Shown piece after piece: positions 8,056 through 15,280 of a DNA stretch of 16,098 nucleotides. The position numbers were made by a program, and so were the translations under genes. Origin of the DNA: Vulcanimicrobiota bacterium (GTDB taxonomy: Bacteria; Vulcanimicrobiota; Vulcanimicrobiia; Vulcanimicrobiales; Vulcanimicrobiaceae); contig PLCF01000040.1 in assembly GCA_003135555.1 (NCBI GenBank), positions 1 through 16,098 on the forward strand, read 5' to 3'. How positions within the stretch are numbered: position 1 is the stretch's first letter; every line of letters begins with the position of its first letter. Under the pieces are notes generated by a model. That model was not told the origin of the DNA and ran no database searches. It saw only the letters and a list, made by a program, of their open reading frames with translations.

Positions 8056-8071
8056 TGTCGAACGGAGCCGG

Positions 8072-9304
8072 ATGCGAGCGCTGCGGCCAGGTGCCACCTT
8101 CGAGACCGAGCGTCTCTCGGCGCCGGCCGAGGCGATCGCCGAGTACCTGCGCGTCGTGGCGCCCGGCCCCCTGGGGATCGAGGCCGTCACCCTCGAGACC
8201 GCGCCGGGGCGCATCTTGGCGCGGGATGCGGTCGCCGAGGCGCACTACCCGGGCGACGACCGCTCGACCATGGACGGCTTCGCGGTGCGCTCGGCCGACG
8301 GCGTGGCACCGCGCCGGATCGTGGCGACGATTCGCATGGGGCACGCTCCGCCGGGGGTGCTGCAGCCCGGCGAGGCGATGCGCATCCCGACCGGCGGCGT
8401 GCTGCCGGTCGGCGCCGACGCGGTGGTCCCGGTCGAAGACGCGGTCGAGCGCGAGGGCATGGTCGTCCCCGAGGGGGCACCGCAGGCGCGGGCGTGCTTC
8501 ACGCCGCGCGGCGACGACATGGCGCCCGGCGACGTGGTCCTGCGGGCCGGACGGCGGATCGGGGCCGCGGAGCTGTCGGTGCTGGCGACCCTGGGGGCCG
8601 TCACCGTCGAGGTATTCCGGCGGCCACGCGTGGCGATCGTCTCGACCGGCGACGAGCTCGTCGACGTCCGCGAAGCGCCGCGCAGCGGCCAAGTTCGCGA
8701 CTCCAATCGCTGGGCGGTGGCGGGCTGCCTGACCGCGCTGGGCTGCGAGGTGGTCCACCTGCCTCGCGCGGTCGACGAGGTCGCCGCCATCCGGGACGGC
8801 ATCGCCGCCGGGCTGCGCCTCGCCGACGCCGTGGTGCTCACCGGCGGCTCGTCGGTGGGCGCTCGCGACCACGTCCCGGCGGCGATCGATGGGTTGGGCG
8901 CGCCCGGGATCGTTGTCCACGGGCTGCGCGTCAAGCCGGGTAAGCCGACGGTCCTGGCCGCGATCGGGCCGCGCCCGGTGATCGGGCTGCCCGGAAACCC
9001 CGCCAGCGCGCTGACGATCCTCGACGCCATCGCCGCGGAGATCTTCCGCGCGCTCACCGGCGAGACGCAGGCGCGCCGGGCCACGGTCGCGGCAGTCGCC
9101 GGCGAGCCCTTCGTCGGCCGCGCCGGCTGGACGTGGTACGTACCTGCGGTACTCGACCCGGCGGGGCGCGCGCGCCCGCTTCCACTGCGCTCCTCGCACA
9201 CCAGCTTGCTGGCGCGTGCCGACGGTTACGTCGTGCTCGGACCCGAACGCGTGCAGATCGAGGCGGGTGAGCCGCTCGCGGTCGTGCGTTACGGCGGCGG
9301 ATGA
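8072..9304 (+). CDS. moeA: molybdopterin molybdenumtransferase MoeA (gephyrin-like)
   Basis: ATG 8072 after GGAG. Motifs 'GRILA', 'STMDGFAV', 'IPTGG.LP.GADAVV.VED', 'STGDEL', 'RDSN', 'TGGSSVG..D', 'KPGKP', 'GLPGNPAS', 'LARADG'. Confidence 0.95.
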   Translation: MRALRPGATFETERLSAPAEAIAEYLRVVAPGPLGIEAVTLETAPGRILARDAVAEAHYPGDDRSTMDGFAVRSADGVAPRRIVATIRMGHAPPGVLQPGEAMRIPTGGVLPVGADAVVPVEDAVEREGMVVPEGAPQARACFTPRGDDMAPGDVVLRAGRRIGAAELSVLATLGAVTVEVFRRPRVAIVSTGDELVDVREAPRSGQVRDSNRWAVAGCLTALGCEVVHLPRAVDEVAAIRDGIAAGLRLADAVVLTGGSSVGARDHVPAAIDGLGAPGIVVHGLRVKPGKPTVLAAIGPRPVIGLPGNPASALTILDAIAAEIFRALTGETQARRATVAAVAGEPFVGRAGWTWYVPAVLDPAGRARPLPLRSSHTSLLARADGYVVLGPERVQIEAGEPLAVVRYGGG

Positions 9305-9849
9305 AGCGCGCGCTCGCGCTGGCCGCGGCGCTCGCCGCCGCCGGCTGCACCCAGCCGCCGCAGTCGCCGCCGAGCTCCGAGCAGACGCGTGCCCCCACCA
9401 CCGTCTTGCGCGACGCGTTGATCCTGTCGGCGGTAAAGGCGAAGCTCATCGGCGAGGATCCCGACTCCACGACGACGGTTTCCGTCACGGTCATTGACGG
9501 GATCGTCACGCTGCGCGGCAGCGTGCACGACGACGGCGTGCGGCGCCGGCTCGTCGCGTCGGCCCGCGCCGGCGCCGGCGTCACCGGCGTGGTCGATCGG
9601 CTGCGAGTCGATCCGCACGGCCCGCGCGTCAAGGAACGCATCGCCGACGTCGCGCTCGCCGCGCGCGTCGAGACGGCGATCACCGCGCAGCTCGGTGTGC
9701 AGCACGTCATCGTGCGGGTCGAGCACCGCGTCGCAACGCTCGAGGGGAGCGCTCCCGACGCGAAAACGAAACGGACGATGCTCGCCACGGCACAAGCCAC
9801 GTCCGGCATCCGCAACGTCGTGGACCGCATCCGGGTCGGAGTTCCGTGA
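9301..9849 (+). CDS. BON-domain (OsmY-like) lipoprotein, two BON domains
   Basis: Signal peptide with lipobox 'LAAAGC'. BON1 'DALILSAVKAKL...VTVIDGIVTLRG...GVTGVVDRL'. BON2 'DVALAARVETAI...HRVATLEG...GIRNVVDRI'. ATGA overlap with moeA. Confidence 0.9.
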   Translation: MKRALALAAALAAAGCTQPPQSPPSSEQTRAPTTVLRDALILSAVKAKLIGEDPDSTTTVSVTVIDGIVTLRGSVHDDGVRRRLVASARAGAGVTGVVDRLRVDPHGPRVKERIADVALAARVETAITAQLGVQHVIVRVEHRVATLEGSAPDAKTKRTMLATAQATSGIRNVVDRIRVGVP

Positions 9850-10973
9850 GCTCCCGGTCCGGCTTTCCGCAGCCTACCGCCCAGGTCGCTGCCGTGCCGG
9901 CCTCGACGCCGTTCGTCGCGCCTGAGGAGCTGGCTCGGCGCCACGGCGTCAAAGAGATGCTGCGCTTGGGCGCCAACGAGAGCGCCTTCGGCCCGTCGCC
10001 GCGCGCGATCGCCGCGATGCGCGACGCCGTCCCGCTGACGTCCTGGTACGGCGATCCCGAATCGCTGGAGCTGCGTGCGGCGCTCGCCGCGCGCCATCGC
10101 TGCGCGCTCGACGAGATCGTGGTCGCCTGCGGGATCGACGACCTCATGGGACTCATCGTGCGCGGCTTCTGTGCGCCCGGCGAGCCGTGCGTCGCCACGC
10201 GCGGGACCTATCCGACGCTGTTCTACCATCTGAGCGCGTACGGGGCGCGCCCGGAGTTCGCCGAGCCGGGTGAGGCCGGCGGGATGGTGCCCGCCAACAT
10301 CGCCGCCGCGGTGCAGCGCTCGGGTGCGAAGCTGGTCTACGTTGCCAACCCCGACAACCCGTCGGGTGCGTTCGCGGATCGCGCCACGATCGCGGCGCTG
10401 CGTGCGGCGCTCCCGGATGACGTGCTCCTGTTCTTGGACGAGGCCTACGCCGACTTCGTCGACCCCGCGCACCTGCCGCCCGACACGATCGACCCGCGCA
10501 CGATTCGCACCCGAACCTTTTCCAAGGCCTACGGGATGGCGGGCGCGCGAATCGGCTACGCGCTGGCGTCGCGCGAGGTCATCGCCACCTTCCAGAAGTT
10601 GCGCCTGCACTTCGGCGTCAACCGCACCGCGCAGATCGGCGCGCTCGCTGCGCTGGCCGACGACGCGTTCATGCGCGGCGTCATCGCCGAGGTCGCACGC
10701 GGGCGTGACGAGTACCATGCGCTCGCCGCACGGCACGGGCTGCCGTCGCTGCCGTCGGCGACGAATTTCGTCTGCATCGGGATCGGCACCAAGCGTGCGG
10801 CCGAGGCGATGGTCGAGGCGCTGTTGCAGCGCGGCGTCTTCGTGCGCAAGCCCTGGGCGCCCCCGATCGACGGGTTCATCCGCGTGACCGTCGGGACGGC
10901 GGCGGAGCGGGCCGCCTTCGCTGAGCGTTTCGCCGAGGCGCTGGATAGCGTCCGGGAGAAGGCCGCCGGGTGA
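9846..10973 (+). CDS. PLP-dependent class I/II aminotransferase, histidinol-phosphate aminotransferase (HisC)-like
   Basis: 'LGANES.FGPSP', 'YGDP', 'ANPDNPSG', 'DEAY', PLP-lysine motif 'RTFSKAYGMAGARIGY', 'SATNFV', 'IRVTVG'. The N-terminal 'PFVAPE' resembles a divergent HisC paralog subfamily, so the substrate is uncertain. GTGA overlap. Confidence 0.88.
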   Translation: MSSRSGFPQPTAQVAAVPASTPFVAPEELARRHGVKEMLRLGANESAFGPSPRAIAAMRDAVPLTSWYGDPESLELRAALAARHRCALDEIVVACGIDDLMGLIVRGFCAPGEPCVATRGTYPTLFYHLSAYGARPEFAEPGEAGGMVPANIAAAVQRSGAKLVYVANPDNPSGAFADRATIAALRAALPDDVLLFLDEAYADFVDPAHLPPDTIDPRTIRTRTFSKAYGMAGARIGYALASREVIATFQKLRLHFGVNRTAQIGALAALADDAFMRGVIAEVARGRDEYHALAARHGLPSLPSATNFVCIGIGTKRAAEAMVEALLQRGVFVRKPWAPPIDGFIRVTVGTAAERAAFAERFAEALDSVREKAAG

Positions 10974-11695
10974 GATACGCGGTGGTCTCGGACGTCCACT
11001 CAAACATCGAAGCGCTCGACGCGGTGTTCGCGACGCTGCGCGACGACGATGCGCTGCTCTGCTTGGGCGATATCGTCGGCTACGGCCCCAATCCCAACGA
11101 GTGCATCGAGAAGATCCGGGCCCGGGCGACGGCGACGGTGCTCGGCAATCACGACGTCGCGGCGATCGACAACTTCGGCTTGGCGTATTTCAACCCCGCG
11201 GCGCGCGCGGCGATGAAGTGGACGCAAAGCGTCCTGAGCGCGCACAACCTGGCTTGGCTCGACACCCTGGGCTACGAGTTCCGCATGCCGGAGTTCTTGC
11301 TCGTGCACGGGGCGCCGGTAAATTACTTCGAGTACATCCTCGACAAGGCTGGGGCGGGCCGCGCCTTTGCCGCGACCGACGCGCCGATCATCTTCATCGG
11401 ACACACGCACATCGCCGAGGTGTACGCGCTCCACCCCGACGGCTCGATCCACCACGAGCACCTGCAGCTGGGCGGCGAGATCGCGCTGGCGGACGGCGTG
11501 CGCTATCTCATCAACGTCGGCAGCGTGGGGCAGCCGCGCGACCTCAACCCGTTGTCCTCGTTCGGCTTCTACGATTCGGCGGCGCGAACGGTCACGGTGA
11601 GCCGGGTGGAGTACCCGATCGCGCAGGTGCAGGCGAAGATCACCGCCGCAGGCCTGCCGGAAGCCCTGGCTCGCCGCCTGCAGGTCGGGCGCTAG
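10970..11695 (+). CDS. calcineurin-like metallophosphoesterase
   Basis: All metal-binding motifs are present: 'SDVHSN', 'LGDIVGYGP', 'GNHD', 'VHG', 'GHTH', plus 'NVGSVGQPRD'. GTGA overlap. Confidence 0.93.
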   Translation: MRYAVVSDVHSNIEALDAVFATLRDDDALLCLGDIVGYGPNPNECIEKIRARATATVLGNHDVAAIDNFGLAYFNPAARAAMKWTQSVLSAHNLAWLDTLGYEFRMPEFLLVHGAPVNYFEYILDKAGAGRAFAATDAPIIFIGHTHIAEVYALHPDGSIHHEHLQLGGEIALADGVRYLINVGSVGQPRDLNPLSSFGFYDSAARTVTVSRVEYPIAQVQAKITAAGLPEALARRLQVGR

Positions 11696-11699
11696 CAAG

Positions 11700-11742
11700 C
11701 GGAGGTCCGCGTGCCCGGCGGGAACGGGAGCGCGCTGTGCTG
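11700..11742 (+). promoter_or_regulatory. putative bipartite promoter-like motif upstream of the TPR gene (possible internal promoter)
   Basis: CGGAGG (11700-05), N16, GAAC (11722-25), GGGA, GCGCGCT, GTG, CTG. It occupies the only non-overlapping junction between moeA and smpB. Confidence 0.45.
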
Positions 11743-12729
11743 CGCCGTTCTCTCGCCGCGTTCGTCCTTGCGACCCTGTGCATGGTCCCGCTGCACGCCG
11801 CGGCGCCGGCGGTGCCCAAGGCGCCCGGCGCGTCGCCGGGGCCGCGTAACGACTACGCCGACACCGCGTTCACCGCGCCGCTGGGCCAAGGGCTGCGCGC
11901 GTTTTACAGCCGCGACTTCGTCGCGGCCCGCAAGGGCTTCGAGGACGCGATCGCCGTCGTGCCCGACAACACCCTCGCGATCTCGCTGCTCAACGCGACG
12001 GCGGCGCAGACGCCCGGCCAGCTCGACGTCCTCGTCGACGCCGAGGAAGAGGCGCTGGCGAAGAACCCCAAGAGCCCGCTCGCGCACGTCCGGCTCGCGT
12101 TTTCGTACATGTTCGTGTCAATAACCGGCCGGGACCGGCGCATCGACGCGCGCGAGGAGCTCAACGCCGCCGTGCAGCTCGACCCGACCTCGCAGTCGGC
12201 TCACACGGCGCTCGGTATCATGCGCGAGACCGAACGCAGCGCGAACCGGGCCAAGACCGAGTTTCTCACGGCACTGGGGACCGATCCGCAGAACGTGCTG
12301 GCGCGCGAGTACCTTTCGCTGATCTATCAGAACGATCTCAAAGACCCGCAGCGTGCGCTCACCACCATCATCGACGTGCCGAACCTCGTCCCGGACTACG
12401 CCGACATCTACTTCCACTTGGCATCGCTCATGCACGACCTGGGGCAATTCGACGCCGCGATCGGGTATGCGACGCGAGGTCTGCAAGCCGACGTCGGTCG
12501 CGTCGGCGAGGCCGGGCAGCACGGATACACCCTGCTGGCACGCATCTATCTCGACGAGAAGAAACCCGACGACGCGCGCCGCGTGCTGCGCGCCTCGATC
12601 ACCGCCGGGACCGACACCGCGTACGCGAGCACGCTGCTCAAGAAGATCGACGACGGCGCGTACGGGAAACTCTCGCCGTCGCCGAGCCCGTCGCCTTCGA
12701 CCTCGCCGGGCCCAAAGAAGAAGCCGTGA
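11737..12729 (+). CDS. exported tetratricopeptide-repeat protein
   Basis: GTG 11737 after GGGAG. Signal-like 'MLRRSLAAFVLATLCMVPLHAA'. TPR-like repeats ('ALAKNPKSPLAHVRLA', 'AVQLDPTSQSAHTALG', 'LVPDYADIYFHLA'). Pro/Ser-rich tail 'SPSPSPSPSTSPGPKKKP'. Confidence 0.85.
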   Translation: MLRRSLAAFVLATLCMVPLHAAAPAVPKAPGASPGPRNDYADTAFTAPLGQGLRAFYSRDFVAARKGFEDAIAVVPDNTLAISLLNATAAQTPGQLDVLVDAEEEALAKNPKSPLAHVRLAFSYMFVSITGRDRRIDAREELNAAVQLDPTSQSAHTALGIMRETERSANRAKTEFLTALGTDPQNVLAREYLSLIYQNDLKDPQRALTTIIDVPNLVPDYADIYFHLASLMHDLGQFDAAIGYATRGLQADVGRVGEAGQHGYTLLARIYLDEKKPDDARRVLRASITAGTDTAYASTLLKKIDDGAYGKLSPSPSPSPSTSPGPKKKP

Positions 12730-13175
12730 GCGCGGAGCTCCCGGTCGACGACGGCCGCTGCTTCGCTTGCGGGCCGCACAACGCCGACGGGCTGCACTTG
12801 CGCTTCGAGGACGGCGACGGCGACGGCGTGCGCGCGCGCATCACCTTGCCGCCGCGGTTTCAGGGCTGGCGCGAAACCGCGCACGGTGGAATCGTGATGA
12901 TGCTGCTCGACGAGGCCATGGCGCACGCCTGCCTGCGCGCCGGCGAACGCGGCGTGACCGCCTCGATGCAAGTCCGCTTTCGCGAACCGGTTCCGCTAGG
13001 GGCGCCGTTGGTGGTCAGCGGAAACGTGAAGTGGAAGCGGCGCGGGGTCATCGCGCTCGAGGCGACCGTCGCGCACGCCGACGGCACGCTGTTGGCCGGC
13101 GCCGAAGGCTCGTTCGTCTCGCGCGGCCCGCTGGGCAAGGGACCGTTCGGCGCGCCTGACCTCACCTTCGCCTAA
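12726..13175 (+). CDS. PaaI family (hotdog-fold) thioesterase
   Basis: 'CFACG..N..GL', 'FQGW...AHGG....LLDEAM', 'VTASMQVRFREPVP'. GTGA overlap with the TPR gene. Confidence 0.9.
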   Translation: MSAELPVDDGRCFACGPHNADGLHLRFEDGDGDGVRARITLPPRFQGWRETAHGGIVMMLLDEAMAHACLRAGERGVTASMQVRFREPVPLGAPLVVSGNVKWKRRGVIALEATVAHADGTLLAGAEGSFVSRGPLGKGPFGAPDLTFA

Positions 13176-13672
13176 TGGCGAAGATGAAGCAGGCTCGCGT
13201 CGCGGCCAAGGCCGAGCACGCGGCCAAAGCGCCCGAGCCGTCGTTGAACAATCGCCGGGCGCGCTTCGAGTACGAGAAGCTGGAGTCGCTCGAAGCCGGC
13301 GTCGCGCTCCAAGGCAGCGAGATCAAATCGATCCGCCGGGGCAACGTCTCGATCAACGAAGCCTTCGCGCGCTTGCGCGACGGCGAGCTGTTCTTGCTCA
13401 ACCTCACCATCCCGCCGTACAAGGAAGCCTCGCACTTCAACCACGAGACGAATCGGCCGCGCAAGCTGCTGCTGCACCGCGAGCAGATCCAGCGGCTCGC
13501 CGGCCGCGCGGCGGAGAAGGGCCTTACGCTCGTGCCGTGGCGGCTGTACTTCAAAAACGGCCGCGTGAAGATCGAGCTGGCCTTGGTCCGCGGCAAGAAG
13601 CTGTGGGATCGCCGCCGCGACATTCAAGCGCGCGACGTCGAACGCGAGATCGCTCGCTCGACCACACGATGA
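13175..13672 (+). CDS. smpB: SsrA-binding protein SmpB
   Basis: 'NRRARFEY....LEAGVAL.GSEIKSIR', 'NHE..RPRKLLLHR.QI', 'KGLTLVP..LYFKNGRVKIEL...RGKK..D.R'. TAATG overlap with PaaI. Confidence 0.98.
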   Translation: MAKMKQARVAAKAEHAAKAPEPSLNNRRARFEYEKLESLEAGVALQGSEIKSIRRGNVSINEAFARLRDGELFLLNLTIPPYKEASHFNHETNRPRKLLLHREQIQRLAGRAAEKGLTLVPWRLYFKNGRVKIELALVRGKKLWDRRRDIQARDVEREIARSTTR

Positions 13673-13788
13673 TGGTGATGGACCGAGCACTGCGGTATCG
13701 TCCTTTGCCGCCACGTTCGATGCGAGGTCGGACCGGGGGCCCCACGCAAGGCGTGGGGGGCGCGCAGCCTGGGGCGGAGCGCCTGTAA
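13669..13788 (+). CDS. possible 39-aa mini-ORF (MMVMDRALRYRPLPPRSMRGRTGGPTQGVGGAQPGAERL) spanning the smpB-tilS spacer
   Basis: ATG overlaps the smpB stop (ATGA, 13669-13672) like other junctions in this run. TAA at 13786-13788 ends 4 nt before the tilS ATG. No recognisable domain; translation is unproven. Confidence 0.35.
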   Translation: MMVMDRALRYRPLPPRSMRGRTGGPTQGVGGAQPGAERL

Positions 13789-13809
13789 ACCCATGCGCGG
13801 CGCTCGTCC
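13680..13809 (+). other. putative structured element (nested inverted repeats): cis-regulatory RNA, REP/MITE-like repeat or small RNA
   Basis: Perfect hairpin CCCCACGC-AAG-GCGTGGGG (13740-13758). Inner pairings TGCG/CGCA (13721-24/13763-66) and CCGCC/GGCGG (13708-12/13773-77). Imperfect outer stem 13680-13698 with 13793-13809. Confidence 0.5.
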
Positions 13810-14611
13810 GGAACGTGCTCTCGACGCGGTGGTGCGAAACGCCGTCCGTTTCGCCCGCGGCGTTCGCGTGTGCGTCGCGTGCTCGGGCGGCCCGGACTCG
13901 GTGGCGCTCGCAGCGGTGCTCGACCGGCTCGCGCGTGAGGACGGCTACGACGTCGTGCTGGCGCACGTGAACCACGCGCTGCGTGCCGGTGCCGATCAAG
14001 ACGAATGCGTCGCGTTCTCGGTGGGCGCGCGGCTCGGACGCCGCGTCGTCGCGGCCCGCCTCGAGGTCGCACGTGCCGACGAGGCGACGCTGCGCGACGC
14101 GCGCTACGCGGCGTTGGCGCGGATCGCCGGCGACGCCGGCGCGTGCGCGGTGCTCACCGCGCACACCGCCGAAGACCAGACCGAGAGCGTCTTGCTGGCG
14201 CTGTTCCGCGGGACCGGGCTGGCCGGGCTGGCCGGGATCGCGGAGCGGCGCGCGCTCACCGAGCACGTCGAGCTGGTGCGGCCGCTGCTGCGCGTCACCC
14301 ACGCCGAGCTTGCAACGGAGCTGCGCCGCAGCGCGCTGCCCTACGCGCTCGACCCGACCAACGCGCAGCGGCGCTATCGTCGCAACGCGCTGCGCGAACC
14401 GCTCGACGCCTTGCGCGCGGAGTTCCCGCACCTCGACCGCGCGGTGGCGCGTTGCGCGGCGATCGTGCGCGACGAACTCGAAGGGACGCCGCGCGCGCAG
14501 GCGCGCCGCGCGCTGCGCGAGCGCCTGCGCGCTGAGGCCGCGCTCGCCGATGTCCCGTTCGAACGCATCGAAGCGGTGCGCAAGGCGGCCGAACGCGGGA
14601 CGCGACCGTAG
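13793..14611 (+). CDS. tilS: tRNA(Ile)-lysidine synthetase (short form)
   Basis: PP-loop 'VACSGGPDSVAL', 'AHVNHALR', 'RDARY', 'TAHTAEDQTESVL..LFRGTG..GLAGI', 'RPLL', 'DPTN....YRRN.LR'. Classic tilS-hpt-ftsH synteny. Confidence 0.95.
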   Translation: MRGARPERALDAVVRNAVRFARGVRVCVACSGGPDSVALAAVLDRLAREDGYDVVLAHVNHALRAGADQDECVAFSVGARLGRRVVAARLEVARADEATLRDARYAALARIAGDAGACAVLTAHTAEDQTESVLLALFRGTGLAGLAGIAERRALTEHVELVRPLLRVTHAELATELRRSALPYALDPTNAQRRYRRNALREPLDALRAEFPHLDRAVARCAAIVRDELEGTPRAQARRALRERLRAEAALADVPFERIEAVRKAAERGTRP

Positions 14612-14629
14612 AAGCGCGAAGGCGTCACG

Positions 14630-15199
14630 GTGCAGCAAACGCTACCGCCGGGGATCGAGCGGGTTTTGATCGACGCCGGCGAGATCGCGGCCGCGAACCG
14701 GCGCATCGCCGAAGCGATCGCCCGCGACTACGCGGGCCGGTCGCTGATCTTGGTCGGCGTCCTCAAAGGGGCGCTCTTCGTGACCGCCGACCTCGCCCGC
14801 GCCCTGGCCGACGTGCCCGGCGGCCCCACCGACGTGCAGCTCGACTTCATCGCGGTCTCCTCCTACGGAAACGCGCACCGCTCGAGCGGCGAGGTCCGGC
14901 TGATCCAGGACACGACGCACGCCATCGAGGGCCGCAACGTGATCATCGTCGAGGACATCGTCGACAACGGGCACACCCTGCACTACTTGCGGGCGATGCT
15001 GGAGAACCGCCGGCCGGCCTCGTTGCGAACGGCCGTCCTGCTGGACAAGCCGTACCACCGAGCGGTCGATGTGGCCCTGGATTACGTGGGATTGACGTGT
15101 CCCGACGAGTTCGTCGTAGGGTACGGTCTGGACTACCAGGAACGCTACCGAACTCTCCCCTATCTCGCGAAACTCCGGCCCGAGGTCCTGCCAGCATGA
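14630..15199 (+). CDS. hpt: hypoxanthine phosphoribosyltransferase
   Basis: 'VGVLKGA.F..DL.R', 'DF..VSSYG', 'SSGEV', PRPP-binding 'VIIVEDIVDNGHTL', 'LLDKP', 'FVVGYGLDY.E.YR.LPY'. Confidence 0.97.
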   Translation: MQQTLPPGIERVLIDAGEIAAANRRIAEAIARDYAGRSLILVGVLKGALFVTADLARALADVPGGPTDVQLDFIAVSSYGNAHRSSGEVRLIQDTTHAIEGRNVIIVEDIVDNGHTLHYLRAMLENRRPASLRTAVLLDKPYHRAVDVALDYVGLTCPDEFVVGYGLDYQERYRTLPYLAKLRPEVLPA

Positions 15200-15280
15200 G
15201 CCCGGCCACCATTCAGGCGCGAGACGTGTCCTACCGAGAAACGTTCTAAGGGTAGAACGGTACAAAGGGTCTCGCAACCA

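Noticed and set aside
8020..8071. T-box leader for serS or Moco riboswitch for moeA
   Set aside because: The spacer is only 52 bp and lacks the T-box AAGGTGGTACC-like motif and room for either aptamer.
12670..12712. TCGCCG-type short tandem repeats
   Set aside because: They encode the Ser-Pro low-complexity tail of the TPR protein; not a CRISPR or independent repeat.
13673..13792. tmRNA (ssrA) next to smpB
   Set aside because: Too short, and I found no tRNA-like GGGG..TCGA 5' end, T-arm/CCA 3' end or tag-peptide ending on either strand.
7291..14669. Many long overlapping alternative-frame ORFs (e.g. 7291-8943, 9054-11003, 13172-14638)
   Set aside because: Low-complexity Arg/Pro/Ala/Gly translations without motifs that overlap well-supported genes.
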